From Laetmonice hystrix (taxonomy: Eukaryota), in assembly GCA_965235115.1 (NCBI GenBank), contig OZ249436.1, positions 4,466,001-4,530,000 on the forward strand: a stretch of DNA of 64,000 nucleotides, read 5' to 3'. This document shows, piece after piece, positions 26,201-39,484 of the stretch (the stretch's first letter is position 1; each line of letters opens with the position of its first letter). The translations under genes were made by a program, and so were the position numbers. The notes beneath the pieces are model-generated. The model searched no databases and had not been told where the DNA came from. It saw only the letters and a list, made by a program, of their open reading frames with translations.

Positions 26201-28855
26201 CCTTATATTTATAGTTTGAACTTTTCTATTCCCTATAAGGAAAATAGATACTTTTACTAACCTTGATGGCGTCCCGGGCGTTCTTGCGCAGCACGGGGGC
26301 GTAGTGAAGGTCAAAGTTAGCGTGTAGGTATCGCAGCTGGTGAGGTCGGAGAAAATAGATCATGGTGGCTGAGATGGTCACCTGTGGAGGGGAGACATGA
26401 TCACAATGAACCCATGTAGGTACGTCAGCTGGTGAGGTCGGTAAAAATAGATCATGGTGGCTGAGATGGTCACCTGTGGAGGGGAGACAGTGATCACAAT
26501 GAACCCATGTAGGTACGTCAGCTGGTGAGGTCGGAGAAAATAGATCATGGTGGCTGAGATGGTCACCTGTGGAGGGGAGACAGTGATCACAATGAACCCA
26601 TGTAGGTACGTCAGCTGGTGAGGTCGGTAAAAATAGATCATGGTGGCTGAGATGGTCACCTGTGGAGGGGAGACAGTGATCACAATGAACCCATGTAGGT
26701 ATCGCAGCTGGGGAGTTCGGAAGAGCTGGTCAGCCTTGATCATCACGCCCTCTGTTTACATACGCCAGACAAGAGGCATATTGAGAGACGGGCGCCCTAG
26801 TCTGAAGAGATGGTCAACTATATGAGAGGGGGGGGGGGGGCAGTTATTTTCATTTTTAAATTTCTTGCCTGTGTCAGTGTTTCATTGATATTTTCCTGTG
26901 GTTCCTGTGGTGAAAAAAGGGAATCTTACAGAGAATCTTACAGGGTCGTTATAAGGGGGTGCGCCCCAGAACCCCCACTGCCCGCCCTCACCTGGACCCC
27001 CCCCCCCCCCCCCCCCCCCCGCTGACTCACCTCGAGACGGTCGGCGTTAAAGACCCGTTGCCGAGTAAAGATTTCCACCTGGGCGTCGGCCGGGAACACT
27101 TTGAACTCGTAATCTGGTCCGATCAGGTGGCGTCCAGTCTGGTACACCTTGCTCGTGTCCACTGTACCCGTCGTCCGCCGACGTTTAAACCCCAGCTGGA
27201 AGGGACACCAACACCTCAGTACAGGGTCAGGCAATAGGGAGGGACACCAACACCTCAGTACAGGGTCAGGCAATAGGAAGGGACACCAACACCTCAGTAC
27301 AGGGTCAGGCAATAGGAAGGGACACCAACACCTCAGTACAGGGTCAGGCAATAGGAAGGGACACCAACACCTCAGTACAGGGTCAGGCAATAGGAAGGGA
27401 CACCAACACCTCAGTATGGGATCAGGCAATAGGAAGGAACAATAACACCTCAGTACATGGTCAGGCAATAGGAAGGGACACCAACACCTCAGTACATGGT
27501 CAGGCAATAGGAAGGGACACCAACACCTCAGTACAGGGTCGGGCAATAGGAAGGGACACCAACACCTCAGTACACGGTCAGGCAAGGGTCAGGCAATAGG
27601 AAGGGACACCAACACCTCAGTACAGGGTCAGGCAATAGGAAGGGACACCAACACCTCAGCACAGGGTCAGGCAATAGGAAGGAACAATAACACCTCAGTA
27701 CAGGGTCAGGCAAGGGTCAGGCAATAGGAAGGGACACCAACACCTCAGTACAGGGTCAGGCAATAGGAAGGGACACCAACACCTCAGTACAGGGTCAGGC
27801 AATAGGAAGGAACAATAACACCTCAGTACAGGGTCAGGCAATAGGAAGGGACACCAACGCCTCAGTACGGGGTCAGGCAATAGGAAGGGACACCAACACC
27901 TCAGTACAGGGTCAGGCAATAGGAAGGGACATCAACACCTCAGTACAGGGTCAGGCAATAGGAAGGGACACCAACACCTCAATACAGGGTCAGGCAATAG
28001 GAAGGGACACCAACACCTCAGTACAGGGTCAGGCAATAGGAAGGGACACCAACACCTCAGTACAGGGTCAGGCAATAGGAAGGGACACCAACACCTCAGT
28101 ACAGGGTCAGGCAATAGGAAGGGACACCAACACCTCAGTACAGGGTCAGGCAATAGGAAGGAACAATAACACCTCAGTACAGGGTCAGGCAATAGGAAGG
28201 GACACCAACGCCTCAGTACGGGGTCAGGCAATAGGAAGGGACACCAACACCTCAGTACAGGGTCAGGCAATAGGAAGGGACATCAACACCTCAGTACAGG
28301 GTCAGGCAATAGGAAGGGACACCAACACCTCAATACAGGGTCAGGCAATAGGAAGGGACACCAACACCTCAGTACAGGGTCAGGCAATAGGAAGGGACAC
28401 CAACACCTCAGTACAGGGTTCGGCAATAGGAAGGGACACCAACACCTCAGTACAGGGTCAGGCAATAGGAAGGGACACCAACACCTCAGTACAGGGTCAG
28501 GCAATAGGAAGGGACACCAACACCTCAGTACACGGTCAGGCAATAGGAAGGGACACCAACACCTCAGTATGGGATCAGGCAATAGGAAGGGGCACCAACA
28601 CCTCAGTACAGGGTCAGGCAATAGGAAGGGGCCCTTCCCTTCTGTCTAATCGTTTAGTGTTAAACGACGTATTTTCAATGAAGTTGTATCCAAACATTAG
28701 AAGGATCTCCCCCCCCCCCCCGCCCATCCCAGGTGTTTTCTCACCTGGCTGTATTCCACTCCCACGAAGCTCATAGGTAGGATGACGACAATGAGCATGG
28801 CCACCACGCCCACCCCGATCCCAATGAGTGTAAGACACCTCTGAGTGTCACCCAT
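23240..28855 (-). CDS. SPFH/Band-7 domain membrane protein, paralog C (334 aa, 6 coding exons)
   Basis: Exons 28855-28745, 27195-27031, 26381-26262, 25476-25344, 24095-23884, 23503-23240; sizes and phases identical to paralog B; frame open to TAA. An acceptor at 28874-28875 just upstream of the ATG implies a further non-coding exon (candidate donor at 29397). Confidence 0.88.
24146..25175. repeat. Minisatellite with long and short unit variants, intron 4 of gene C
   Basis: Unit agatc(aggagt)agaacccattgatgccctcagtacatgatgagt; ends ~50 bp from the exon 5 acceptor. Confidence 0.95.
25545..25884. mobile_element. MITE with TTAA target duplication (Kolobok-like ends)
   Basis: TTAA|AGGTGCTATTCGT ... 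ACGAATAGCACCT|TTAA. Confidence 0.8.
26325..26718 (-). repeat. 93-bp tandem duplication of the acceptor plus 5' half of exon 3, gene C
   Basis: Acceptor AGs at 26382, 26474, 26567, 26660; same unit as in gene B; the exon-proximal unit is 92 bp. Confidence 0.95.
27198..28630. repeat. 39-bp minisatellite (~36 copies) filling intron 1 of gene C up to the exon 2 acceptor
   Basis: Unit ggaagggacaccaacacctcagtacagggtcaggcaata; the last copy supplies the pyrimidine tract tgtcccttccag. Confidence 0.95.
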
Positions 28856-31800
28856 CCTCTCCTGGCGATGGACCTGGAACGGCAAACCCACAACGTTAGA
28901 TGGCGCTAGTAGTAACTAAAATTAGGGTGTGGCTGCAGGTTCGCCCCTTGGCGGGCACTGTGAACTGACAAACATGTAGCCTACATGAAAGAAGATGCAG
29001 AGTAAAATGATCAGTTTAGATTATACTATAAGTTTATGAAAGAAGATGCAGAGTAAAATGATCAGTTTAGATTATACTATAAGTTTATGAAAGAAGATGC
29101 AGAGTAAAATGATCAGTTTGGATTCTACTTATATAAGTTTCAAACATGTTTCCCCATGCTTCAATTGATGTTCATTTAAATTCGGTGAGATATTATTATT
29201 GTGTCAGTCGGGCAAGTTGTCAGATATAGAGCCCATTATAAGTTTGCTTACATACATATATCTGTGAGAACATTTGTATAGAAACCAACACATTACGTCT
29301 ACCTTCATATTTAGATTAATGAGGACCCATATTATTCAGAAAAATGTACGCAAGAATAGAGTTTGTAGGGGATAGTTTAACAAGGGGACAAACCTACCGA
29401 TGGTCTGCTGTGGTTGGAGTTAGCTGTAGGGTCAGGAACGTCGTTGGCTGATTGTAGTGTTTCGTTCTCTCGCCTGGGGGCAGCACTTTGTTCGCGGATA
29501 TCTACAGTCACCGGTGTATAATCCTGAAATATATCGTATTAAAATGTCACTTCTCACTTATAAAATAAAATGTCCTTGTAGCATTAAATAAATCATACAC
29601 TCAACCTCCAGTAAAGCTCTGTCTCATACATAGGCCAAACATTGTCTCCTGTCTATGTATGTTCCAAGATTGTCCAGACGGAATACGGATTCTCAGAGAT
29701 CCATCCTCTGCACACACTGTAATTGCACTCTTTTCATATCATACTTATCGTATAGGTGGCCTATATATCGTACGGTATAGATACAATTTTTTACATAATC
29801 TATAAGCAAGTAAAACCAGAGTATGACAGCACATGGATGATAAGGAGACCAAACTAACATCTATATGATAAACGATGTTTGACGTACGGCATTAGTCATA
29901 CCAACATATATAATTCAATTACTGGACTACACATTTAAAACGATCTAAATGACGATTACAATATACGCATTCACAGGGTCTACATACAAGAATACATAAA
30001 CCTATGGATGCTCCAGCATTGCGACATCACGCGTAATGCGTCAGACCTATATATAGGTTCAGAAGGGCATCCTGATCACAAGGATAAATTCACACCCTTA
30101 AAAAGGGCACCTACTCGTACTTTTTCACCATGATCACTGGGGGGGGGGGGGTAGCTGGCCCCTTGCCCCTCCCTCGCTATAGGTACGGCTCTGATTACCC
30201 TGTAGATCTATACTGTATCCATATACGAGTATTTTCTTGGATTTTCGTATTATTTTGTACGTGTATTACTTACCGCCCACCGCCCGGTTCGGTCAGTAAT
30301 CATCGTTTAGTCCAATACGATTACGGGAGGTTCCGGAACCAAATTATTAGAGATAATCAACGCTAGAACATTTTAACCTCTGATTGGCGTGGTTATCTGC
30401 TTACTGGCGACCACTGCTCTAGCCGTGTGTATCGGGATCTAGTATAGATCGCACAATGTTGACATATACTGTCAAGTTGTCAGTATTGATCTGAACACTA
30501 GCTGCTGCTTTCTCGATGAACTCGCTGATCTGTCGGAACGTTCCGGTGAGGGTGTTCGGCTCGTCGTCATAGCGTCTTCAGTATACGTAGGTACGTGTTG
30601 TATACTAACTGGATGATCTACAGAACTACATGTACGTCGTCTGATCAATGTACGTATAGGCAGGCCTAGTATTGCATGTAGTCATGCATGTATATAGTAT
30701 ATAAGGCTATAATTGCAGAGGTCAAGCGAGTGTGTAGGCCTTTGTATGTATATTTCCATCTCAGTTGGTTTGAGGCAAGTATTTTTTCCTTTATACGTTA
30801 AAGTATCGAGCTTTAATAAAACCACTGTACCTAAGGTTTGAAGCTTCCAGTCCCAGTAATAGCCTTCCATGCCGTATCCCAACTGAAGGCAGTGAGGTGC
30901 TCCGTGCTCTATTATCAGTGGGTGAATTATCGGCTAATAACGTCTGACCTCAACAGGCCCTCCCCTGGTCTGTAAAATAACGTTGATATCAAATATGTAT
31001 TGTACCACGAACATCTCTATTTATTTATGTTCGGAGGCCATAACATGTATATCGGAGGAGCTATACGTGCAGCTCAGGATAAGTATCCTCTCCAAGATTG
31101 TTGCCGATTTCTCACGTCGGATTAAAAAAAGACGGAAGGATTTCTGATTTGTCACGTCTACAAATCGGAAAGTTTGTGTGTGTGTGTGGGGGGGGGGGGG
31201 TGGAGTGGGGTGAGTCCACGCAGTACCCCGGTATCGTTATAGGCAGAGAGGGGGTACGCCCCGGGGAGAGGCTCCACGCACTATAAACGCATCAGTCCTC
31301 TCCCGAACCACTGAGTGGAACAAGGCTGTTAGACGGACTTTGAATATTCCGTACACCACTCGTACACGTCTGATCCCCTTGATTGTCAATGGGAGATCTT
31401 TTACACATCAACATAGGGCGCGGGTTACAAAATTTCTACGCTGCTTTCAACAATCGAAGAATCACCATGTAGCCTACAACACATTGGGGCTAGGGCCCGC
31501 ACCTGCACAATGGGTGCTTTGGGGCGTAACTGGGTTAGGTGTGTGACACCAGAAAGCATTTCTCTCCCAGAGGCAGAGTTAGAAGCGAGGGCCAGGGCTA
31601 TTGCAGACATGTTAGATGTTCGTGACGGCGTTCTGGAGCTACCAGGCTTTGAACAGGACGACGTTACCGTGATACTTAATGAACTATGTTGTGAATGACT
31701 CACTAATCTCTACGCACTGTAAATTACTATGAACACTTATGATTGTACATGATTTGTACGAATAAATACTATATTTATATATTACATTTTTCTGTAGAAG

Positions 31801-34800
31801 TAGGAAGATGTAAAAAGATGTCAAGAATCAGAAGGGGTGCAGTATGTGACAACTTGTACCACCGACACCCCAGAGGACATGAAAAAGGAAGTATAATAGA
31901 CGTCTGATAACTTGCCCGGTAGATTAAAACAGATGGCAATCAAACACTCTATGTTGGACTGGGACTTAATGCCCCACACATAAGGGTAATAGGCCTTTGA
32001 TAAAACATTGGTTTTTTTTCTAAAAGTGATTGTTGTGGGTTGTTGTGGGGTTATCCACAATAACGTGCGATGCTTCCGATTAGTTTCAGCTGGACTTTCC
32101 CCTCATATAGAAAGAATAAATAATTGTGGGGCAAAATGTCCCCTTTTGCCGCACATAATATGTACATTTTATCATATGTTTTCTTTCAAGTATGTATTTA
32201 CGCAATCCCAAAGTAAGTCTGTAGGCATAACATGACACAAAACGGTTACAAAATATATAAAAGTAGATCTACATGATACTACATGCACACTACAAGCGAT
32301 CAGGCTCCTGAATCCGTCTCAGCCATGCACTGTCAGGTTACACCTTGTACATTCATCACATGGCGCCAACTGGTACAACATCGGCCTACCACAGTTCATA
32401 CCATGCTAATCCAACCGTAACATTAGATAACAAATGAAACGAAAAGCAAGAGTCGCCCACTGTGGCGTGTCGACTTTACCGGAGGTCGTATGTAGGTAAC
32501 ACGTACTTGTCCAGGGATTTGATCCTCCATTGGTCAAACTGTCCTCCACAGACAGTCCTATAGAAGAGGTTAGAGAGGTGTTAGCAAGTCGTGAAGACAT
32601 GGGTGTGGTGCACACCTGTTCTATACCTGTCCTTGCCCACCTGTCAAACCTCAGGTGGGCGCCCAGCAGTACCGTGTATGTCTGTGTGTGCGTGCACGCA
32701 CGTGTACAGAAAGTTGTCATGCTTTATGCTACCAGTGTAAATGTGTTTCACCTTTAGGTTCACCTCTGTGTGGCACCTTACATAATATCGTATGTCTCGC
32801 CTTCCTTAATCAGGCGATGAAGTGGTTTATACAATTCTCACCTCCTTCCTCCGCCAGCTGAATCTATTTTTGAGATGATTGTCGTTCACACCTCGTGACA
32901 GCATTTACGATATCATGAAATTGTGAATGTAACACACTGGCTCAATGTTATAAAATTGGAAATACCTGCCATGACGTCATGGTACGGTACATCCTAAAGG
33001 GGTTGTTTCACAAATTTCCAGTAATGTATGGCGTTTCATCAAAGCTACTATAATTTGGATTACAATTCTCAAGTTTCTTCCATATACCTGTTTTACGCAT
33101 AGACAACTATAAGGATGTCATCGTGTTTCCTCAATTTCTGCTAGGGTTTTATTTTACACTTATGTCTTTCACCATCGGACAATGCCCGTCAGGGATATGG
33201 AGGTACGTAAAAACGTGAAGAGGCTGGACAATTCTGTGTGAGACAACCCCTTTAAAGTATCCAAGTAAAGCGGTAGTATGATCGATCGGTACCTCTGCAT
33301 CAACCCCGCCCAGTTTGTTCCTAACTCCCAGGGCGACCTGCCAAGTCACAGAGCTGCACACCTGGATTAGGTGTGCCGCAGGCAGGTGTAAACGCTAGCT
33401 AGTTTAATTTATACCACCTTTGGTCACCAAACAAAAACCCGGATTTTGACACGAGTGATACAACCAAGACAGATTTCACAGTGATTGATTGCTACCATGA
33501 TGTTAGCCACTGCCATCCGTGACACGTGCTAGACTAGATTACGTGTATATAACATCAATAGGACATCACGTTGTACTTACCGCCATCAGCATCCAGGCTC
33601 GCTTGTGTTGAACGACTCACGTTATCGTCACGTGCTCTGACGTCACCACTTCTCGCGGTAACTCCCAGGACAACCGCGTACTGGGGTGACTAAACGTCAT
33701 CAGATTAGGGTGACTAAGGGTTATTTTCGGCCACTGGGCAACCACAACACAAGGTTATAAATATAGGTGGCATCACCATAGGCTGGAGTGTACCAGAACC
33801 AGAGCTGTGGCAATCGCTCTGCAGCCGTGTAGGAGCGGAGAAAATCGATCGAAGTGTAAACAGAAACCAAGGCTGACAACTGCAGGCTATATACAGCAGG
33901 AATGCATTGACTGCCTATACAGGCAATTGGTAGAAGTTTGCTGCGTCTTCAAGTAGGCACAACCAAGGTAAGAACACAGGTACAGCAACAGCCGGGGTGA
34001 ACCAGGTGTGATACATATGTAGTAAATTAGGGCAACTCTTGGACAGCGATGTACCTGAGCGTCTTAATGGGGTGGGGCACAATGATGGTTCAGGCAGAGT
34101 CAGGAAGACGCAATCAAATCGTTTGGAGTTCAAAAACTCAACTTTTTAAGTTTCCTTCAAGATTTCCGTTGGTAGGCGAGGCACACACATGTACATTTCA
34201 TAATACGTCGTTCTTGCACCTGTACACGAACAGCTCAGCCTGCCTCTCTGGATATCTTCTGTTCGTACTTGTTCACGCTTCAGCAACCATGTAATAATAA
34301 TATGAATGTATAGTCAGCCGCATAGGCTGTAGCATCATGCCTTTATTTATATCGTTACGATGGAATCAAAGCAAATAATGTATGAGGGCATGGAATCCAC
34401 TCCACCCCACGTTTACGTATTAGTAAGAAGCAACGTGTGGCGTGACGAGTGAAGCACGTGCGTTTACATAGTGTATATATTCCAACAGGTATAGCATCAC
34501 TTCTCCACACGTGACATCGCATTCACAAGTGTGTGCACACGAATACATGCTGGTGGGATTTTAAAAGGCGGCAGCTTCAATTGTCTGAACATCTTTGTTG
34601 AAACCTTAAAATCTAACTTTTCTTGTACCCTTTTTATATAAAAGTCCGACGTGGCTGTCAATGGGCAGTGTACAGGCGAAATGTATTTACGGCAAGATGC
34701 ATGCCTTTCCTTGCAATAACATGCCAGGGTTTTACAAAACAACGGTTTCAAAATCATTTTGTACAAAAAGAATGATATTGGGCATACGTAGTAATGTCTA

Positions 34801-34877
34801 GAGAGTTTCCGAGGTCATCAGTTTGACCAGGGAAATATAGAAAATATTTCCCAACTTTGACCACAATATATTGGAAT

Positions 34878-35109
34878 GGTCAGGACTCACTTCATTAGTC
34901 AGGACTCACTTCATTGGCCAGGACTCACTTCTTTGGTCAGGACTCACTTCATTAGTCAGGACTCATTTCATTGGTCAGGACTGACTTCATTGGTCAGGAC
35001 TGACTTCATTGGTCAGGACTCACTTCATTGGTCAGGACTCACTTCATTAGTCAGGACTCACTTCATTGGTCAGAACTCACTTCATTGGTCAGAACTCACT
35101 TCATTGGTC
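34878..35109. repeat. 19-bp minisatellite (~12 copies) derived from the stop region of gene D
   Basis: Unit ggtcaggactcacttcatt; the reverse strand repeats CCA ATG AAG TGA (PMK*). Confidence 0.93.
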
Positions 35110-38100
35110 CAGCGAAGTACTGATTGTAACCCACTGCCAGTCTCACTTGGCCCTGGTTCTTCAATGTCCGTAAGTAATCAAAGGCAGACTTCTGGGCAGG
35201 GTCCGCAATGCCTAGCTCTTTGAACAGGTTCTTCAGGCCAGAGCTCCGAGCCTGTTCTACGATGGCTTTCGCTTTGGCCTGGACCTTGGACGAGATGAGC
35301 CGCGAAAGGGCTGTGGCATTCTGGCTGATTTCCAGTGCATCGTTTTCGATCTTTCTAGCCTGATGGAAATAAAATACCACACACTGAAATACGGGAAGCA
35401 TTGCCTTATTCATCAGCTTTACAATGAATCTATTCCGCTTTGTGTCTGACGGTATGCCATAACATGAGAAAGCAGAGAACAGTACAAGGCACATTTAGGC
35501 GCCGGAACTTGGGGAGCAAGGGGGCAATGACCCCCAACTGTCAAGCGGGTGGGGTGGGGGCTTTGTAATGTCATACCAAGAGGTCCGTCTCCTTGCGGGC
35601 GATCTGCGCGTCTTGTTTGAGTTGCTCGGTCTGATCAGCCTCCTTCAGCACGATTGACTGCAGGTAGCGTCGGTTGAGCTCGTTCGGGATCTGAAGCTCG
35701 TGCAGCTGGAAGTAGCGCACCTCGGCGTTCAGACCCGCCTCCCCAACCGTACAGTTCATGTAGGGCACACAGCCCGGCCTACAGTCACCTGGAAATCCAT
35801 CACCAGTCCGAGTCCGGTTACACTTCCGGTTTACGTTCCCGTTTCCATGGACGCAGTCTCTCATTTGGAAACAGGAAAAATATCCATAAGAAAACTATCC
35901 ATGGAAACGGCTCTTTATGTTGACAAATGATTATCTGCTTGTGATCATTACATAACTAGCTGACTTCTATAGAGTTATTGAAGACACGCAACGGAAAATG
36001 AAGTCTTACCATCCTGACAATCTTTCTCACAACAAGATCCGCCAAGTCTCTGCCTGACAGCCTCAAACAGCCTCTTCTCCACATCGTCACGTTTACGGAT
36101 ATACTCGCGGGTTGTAAACAAGGTGGCGGCTCCCTGCGTGCAGGTTATATTATTGTAACGTTTACGGATATACTCGCGGGTTGTAAACAAGGTGGCGGCT
36201 CCCTGTGTGCAGGTTATATTATTGTAACGTTTACGGATATACTCGCGGGTTGTAAACAAGGTGGCGGCTCCCTGTGTGCAGGTTATATTATTGTAACGTT
36301 TACGGATATACTCGCGGGTTGTAAACAAGGTGGCGACTCCCTGTGTGCAGGTTATATTATTGTAACGTTTACGGATATACTCGCGGGTTGTAAACAAGGT
36401 GGCGGCTCCCTGCGTGCAGGTTATATTATTGTAACCATAGAAGCAGTAAATGTTTACCCACAGAAATAGAAAAATCTAATGAAATTCAGCATTCCAGTTG
36501 CCTGTTGCCGCCATGCAGCGAACGTCTCATGGCAGGTTGTTGGCCTGGCATTGACTTGAACAGCTAATGAAATTCATCGGGTGATGCATTTGACTGGAGT
36601 AATTAAAATGAGAGATACTTGCTGATTGCTTTATACATACATCCTTGCTTACCTTCAGGGCGTCGACGGCATTGTTTTTGAGGATCGGTCGGTAGTGGAT
36701 GTCAAACCTTTCATGTAAGATCGGTAGTTGATCTCTTCTCAGGAAATACTGCATGGAAGCCGTGATCTCAACCTGAGGAGGGAGGATCAGTTTGTGACAC
36801 AATTACTGGATAAACATTCGTGTCATAATATCTGTGACACAATGTATAAATTACTAGATAAACATTGGTGTTATAATATCTGTGACACAATGTATAAATT
36901 ACTAGATAAACATTGGTGTTATAATATCTGTGACACAATGTATACATTACTAGATAAACATTGGTGTTACAATATCTGTGACACAATGTATAAATTACTA
37001 GATAAACATTGGTGTTATAATATCTGTGACACAATGTATAAATTATTGGATAAACATTGGTGTTATAATATCTGTGACACAGTGTATAAATTATTGGATA
37101 AACATTGGTGTTATAATATCTGTGACACAATGTATAAATTACTAGATAAACATTGGTGTTATAATATCTGTGACACAATGTATAAATTACTAGATAAACA
37201 TTGGTGTTATAATATCTGTGACACAATGTATAAATTACTAGATAAACATTGGTGTTATAATATCTGTGACACAATGTATAAATTACTAGATAAACATTGG
37301 TGTTATAATATCTGTGACACAATGTATAAATTACTAGATAAACATTGGTGTTATAATATCTGTGACACAATGTATAAATTACTAGATAAACATTGGTGTT
37401 ATAATATCTGTGACACAATGTATAAATTACTAGATAAACATTGGTGTTATAATATCTGTGACACAATGTATAAATTACGAGATAAACATTGGTGTTATAA
37501 TATCTGTGACACAATGTATAAATTACTAGATAAACATTGGTGTTATAATATCTGTGACACAATGTATAAATTACTAGATAAACATTGGTGTTATAATATC
37601 TGTGACACAATGTATAAATTACTAGATAAACATTTGTGTTATAATATCTGTGACACAATGTATAAATTATTGGATAAACATTGGTGTTATAATATCTGTG
37701 ACACAATGTATAAATTACTAGATAAACATTGGTGTTATAATATCTGTGACACAATGTATAAATTACTAGATAAACATTGGTGTTATAATATCTGTGACAC
37801 AATGTATAAATTACTAGATAAACATTGGTGTTATAATATCTGTGACACAATGTATAAATTACTAGATAAACATTGGTGTTATAATATCTGTGACACAATG
37901 TATAAATTACTAGATAAACATTCGTGTTATAATATCTGTGACACAATGTATAAATTACGAGATAAACATTCGTGTTATAATATCTGTGACACAATGTATA
38001 AATTACTAGATAAACATTGGTGTTATAATATCTGTGACACAATGTATAAATTACTAGATAAACATTGGTGTTATAATATCTGTGACACAATGTATAAATT

Positions 38101-39484
38101 ACGAGATAAACATTCGTGTTATAATATCTGTGACACAATGTATAAATTACGAGATAAACATTCGTGTTATAATATCTGTGACACAATGTATAAATTATTG
38201 GATAAACATTGGTGTTATAATATCTGTGACACAATGTATAAATTACTAGATAAGCATTCGTGTTATAATATCTGTGACACAATGTATAAATTACTAGATA
38301 AACATTCGTGTTATAATATCTGTGACACAATGTATAAATTACGAGATAAACATTCGTGTTATAATATCTGTGACACAATGTATAAATTACTAGATAAACA
38401 TTGGTGTTATAATATCTGTGACACAATGTATAAATTACGAGATAAACATTGGTGTTATAATATCTGTGACACAATGTATAAATTACGAGATAAACATTGG
38501 TGTTATAATATCTGTGACACAATGTATAAATTACTGGATAAACATTCGTGTTATAATATCTGTGACACAATGTATAAATTACTAGATAAACATTTGTGTT
38601 ATAATATCTGTGACACAATGTATAAATTATTGGATAAACATTGGTGTTATAATATCTGTGACACAATGTATAAATTACTAGATAAACATTCGTGTTATAA
38701 TATCTGTGACACAATGTATAAATTACTGGATAAACATTGGTGTTATAATATCTGTGACACAATGTATAAATTACTAGATAAACATTCGTGTTATAATATC
38801 TGTGACACAATGTATAAATTACTGGATAAACATTGGTGTTATAATATCTGTGACACAATGTATAAATTACTAGATAAACATTCGTGTTATAATATCTATA
38901 TCAATGAAAGTGACGAATTGGTAAGAAACTGATCAGTAACCGACCTGTAACCTGTCAGCCGCGAACACCTGTATTTTATTGAAGGACTCGAAGTGAGCAT
39001 CGGCTGGGAAGACTTTGAACTCGTAGTCGGGTCCGATGAGGTGGAGGCCCCCGCTGTAGACGTGTTTGATGTCCACCTCGCCAGTCGTCTTACGGCGACG
39101 GAACCCGTACTAAACATGAGGCCAAAACAAAGACTTCATCTCTTATTTGTAATATAATTGTTATTACAAAGCGTAAGCACAGTCGTAAGGTCATAAAGCG
39201 ACAAGAGATGATTAAAATTACAAAGAATTAATTTGCCTTAGCAATCTGAGAGTACAATGGCAGTAGGAATACAACCATTGATATTAAGAAATAAATCATT
39301 TGTCTTTTTACAATTGATAAATCGCCTGTGTATGGGAGTTTGAGTCACTTACCTGGTAGTATTCGAGCCTGCCAAAACTGAGGGGTACGAGGATGAGAGT
39401 GAGAACGAGGCCGACACCGAGGACAATCAGCACGATACAGAGTACGACCTTTGAGGGTGATCTCGAGATCTCTGACTCCGCCAT
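35096..39484 (-). CDS. SPFH/Band-7 domain membrane protein, paralog D (338 aa, 6 coding exons)
   Basis: Exons 39484-39353, 39109-38945, 36772-36653, 36133-36010, 35788-35577, 35359-35096 (132+165+120+124+212+264 nt), GT-AG, open to TGA. Clear homology to B and C in every exon (YGFRRRKTTGEVD...GPDYEFKVFP; AEVRYFQLHEL; AFDYLRTL). Confidence 0.88.
36089..36436 (-). repeat. 69-bp tandem duplication of the acceptor plus 5' part of exon 4, gene D
   Basis: Acceptor AGs at 36134, 36203, 36272, 36341, 36410; in-frame 23-aa unit YNNITCTQGAATLFTTREYIRKR. Confidence 0.95.
36793..38897. repeat. 48-bp minisatellite (~44 copies) filling intron 2 of gene D
   Basis: Unit tgtgacacaatgtataaattactagataaacattggtgttataatatc; occupies ~2.1 kb of a 2.17-kb intron. 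Confidence 0.96.

Noticed and set aside
31150..31851. Possible solo LTR (TGTCAC...GTGACA, AATAAA at 31761) and the small acidic ORF 31510-31698
   Set aside because: No matching TSD, PBS or second LTR, and no recognisable protein.
29600..34800. Short ORFs between genes C and D as a hidden gene or paralog
   Set aside because: No SPFH-like exon or consistent exon chain found by eye; a non-coding or highly diverged gene cannot be excluded.
36728..38932. 734-aa and 696-aa ORFs on opposite strands
   Set aside because: Products of a 48-bp satellite lacking stops in some frames; it lies inside intron 2 of gene D.
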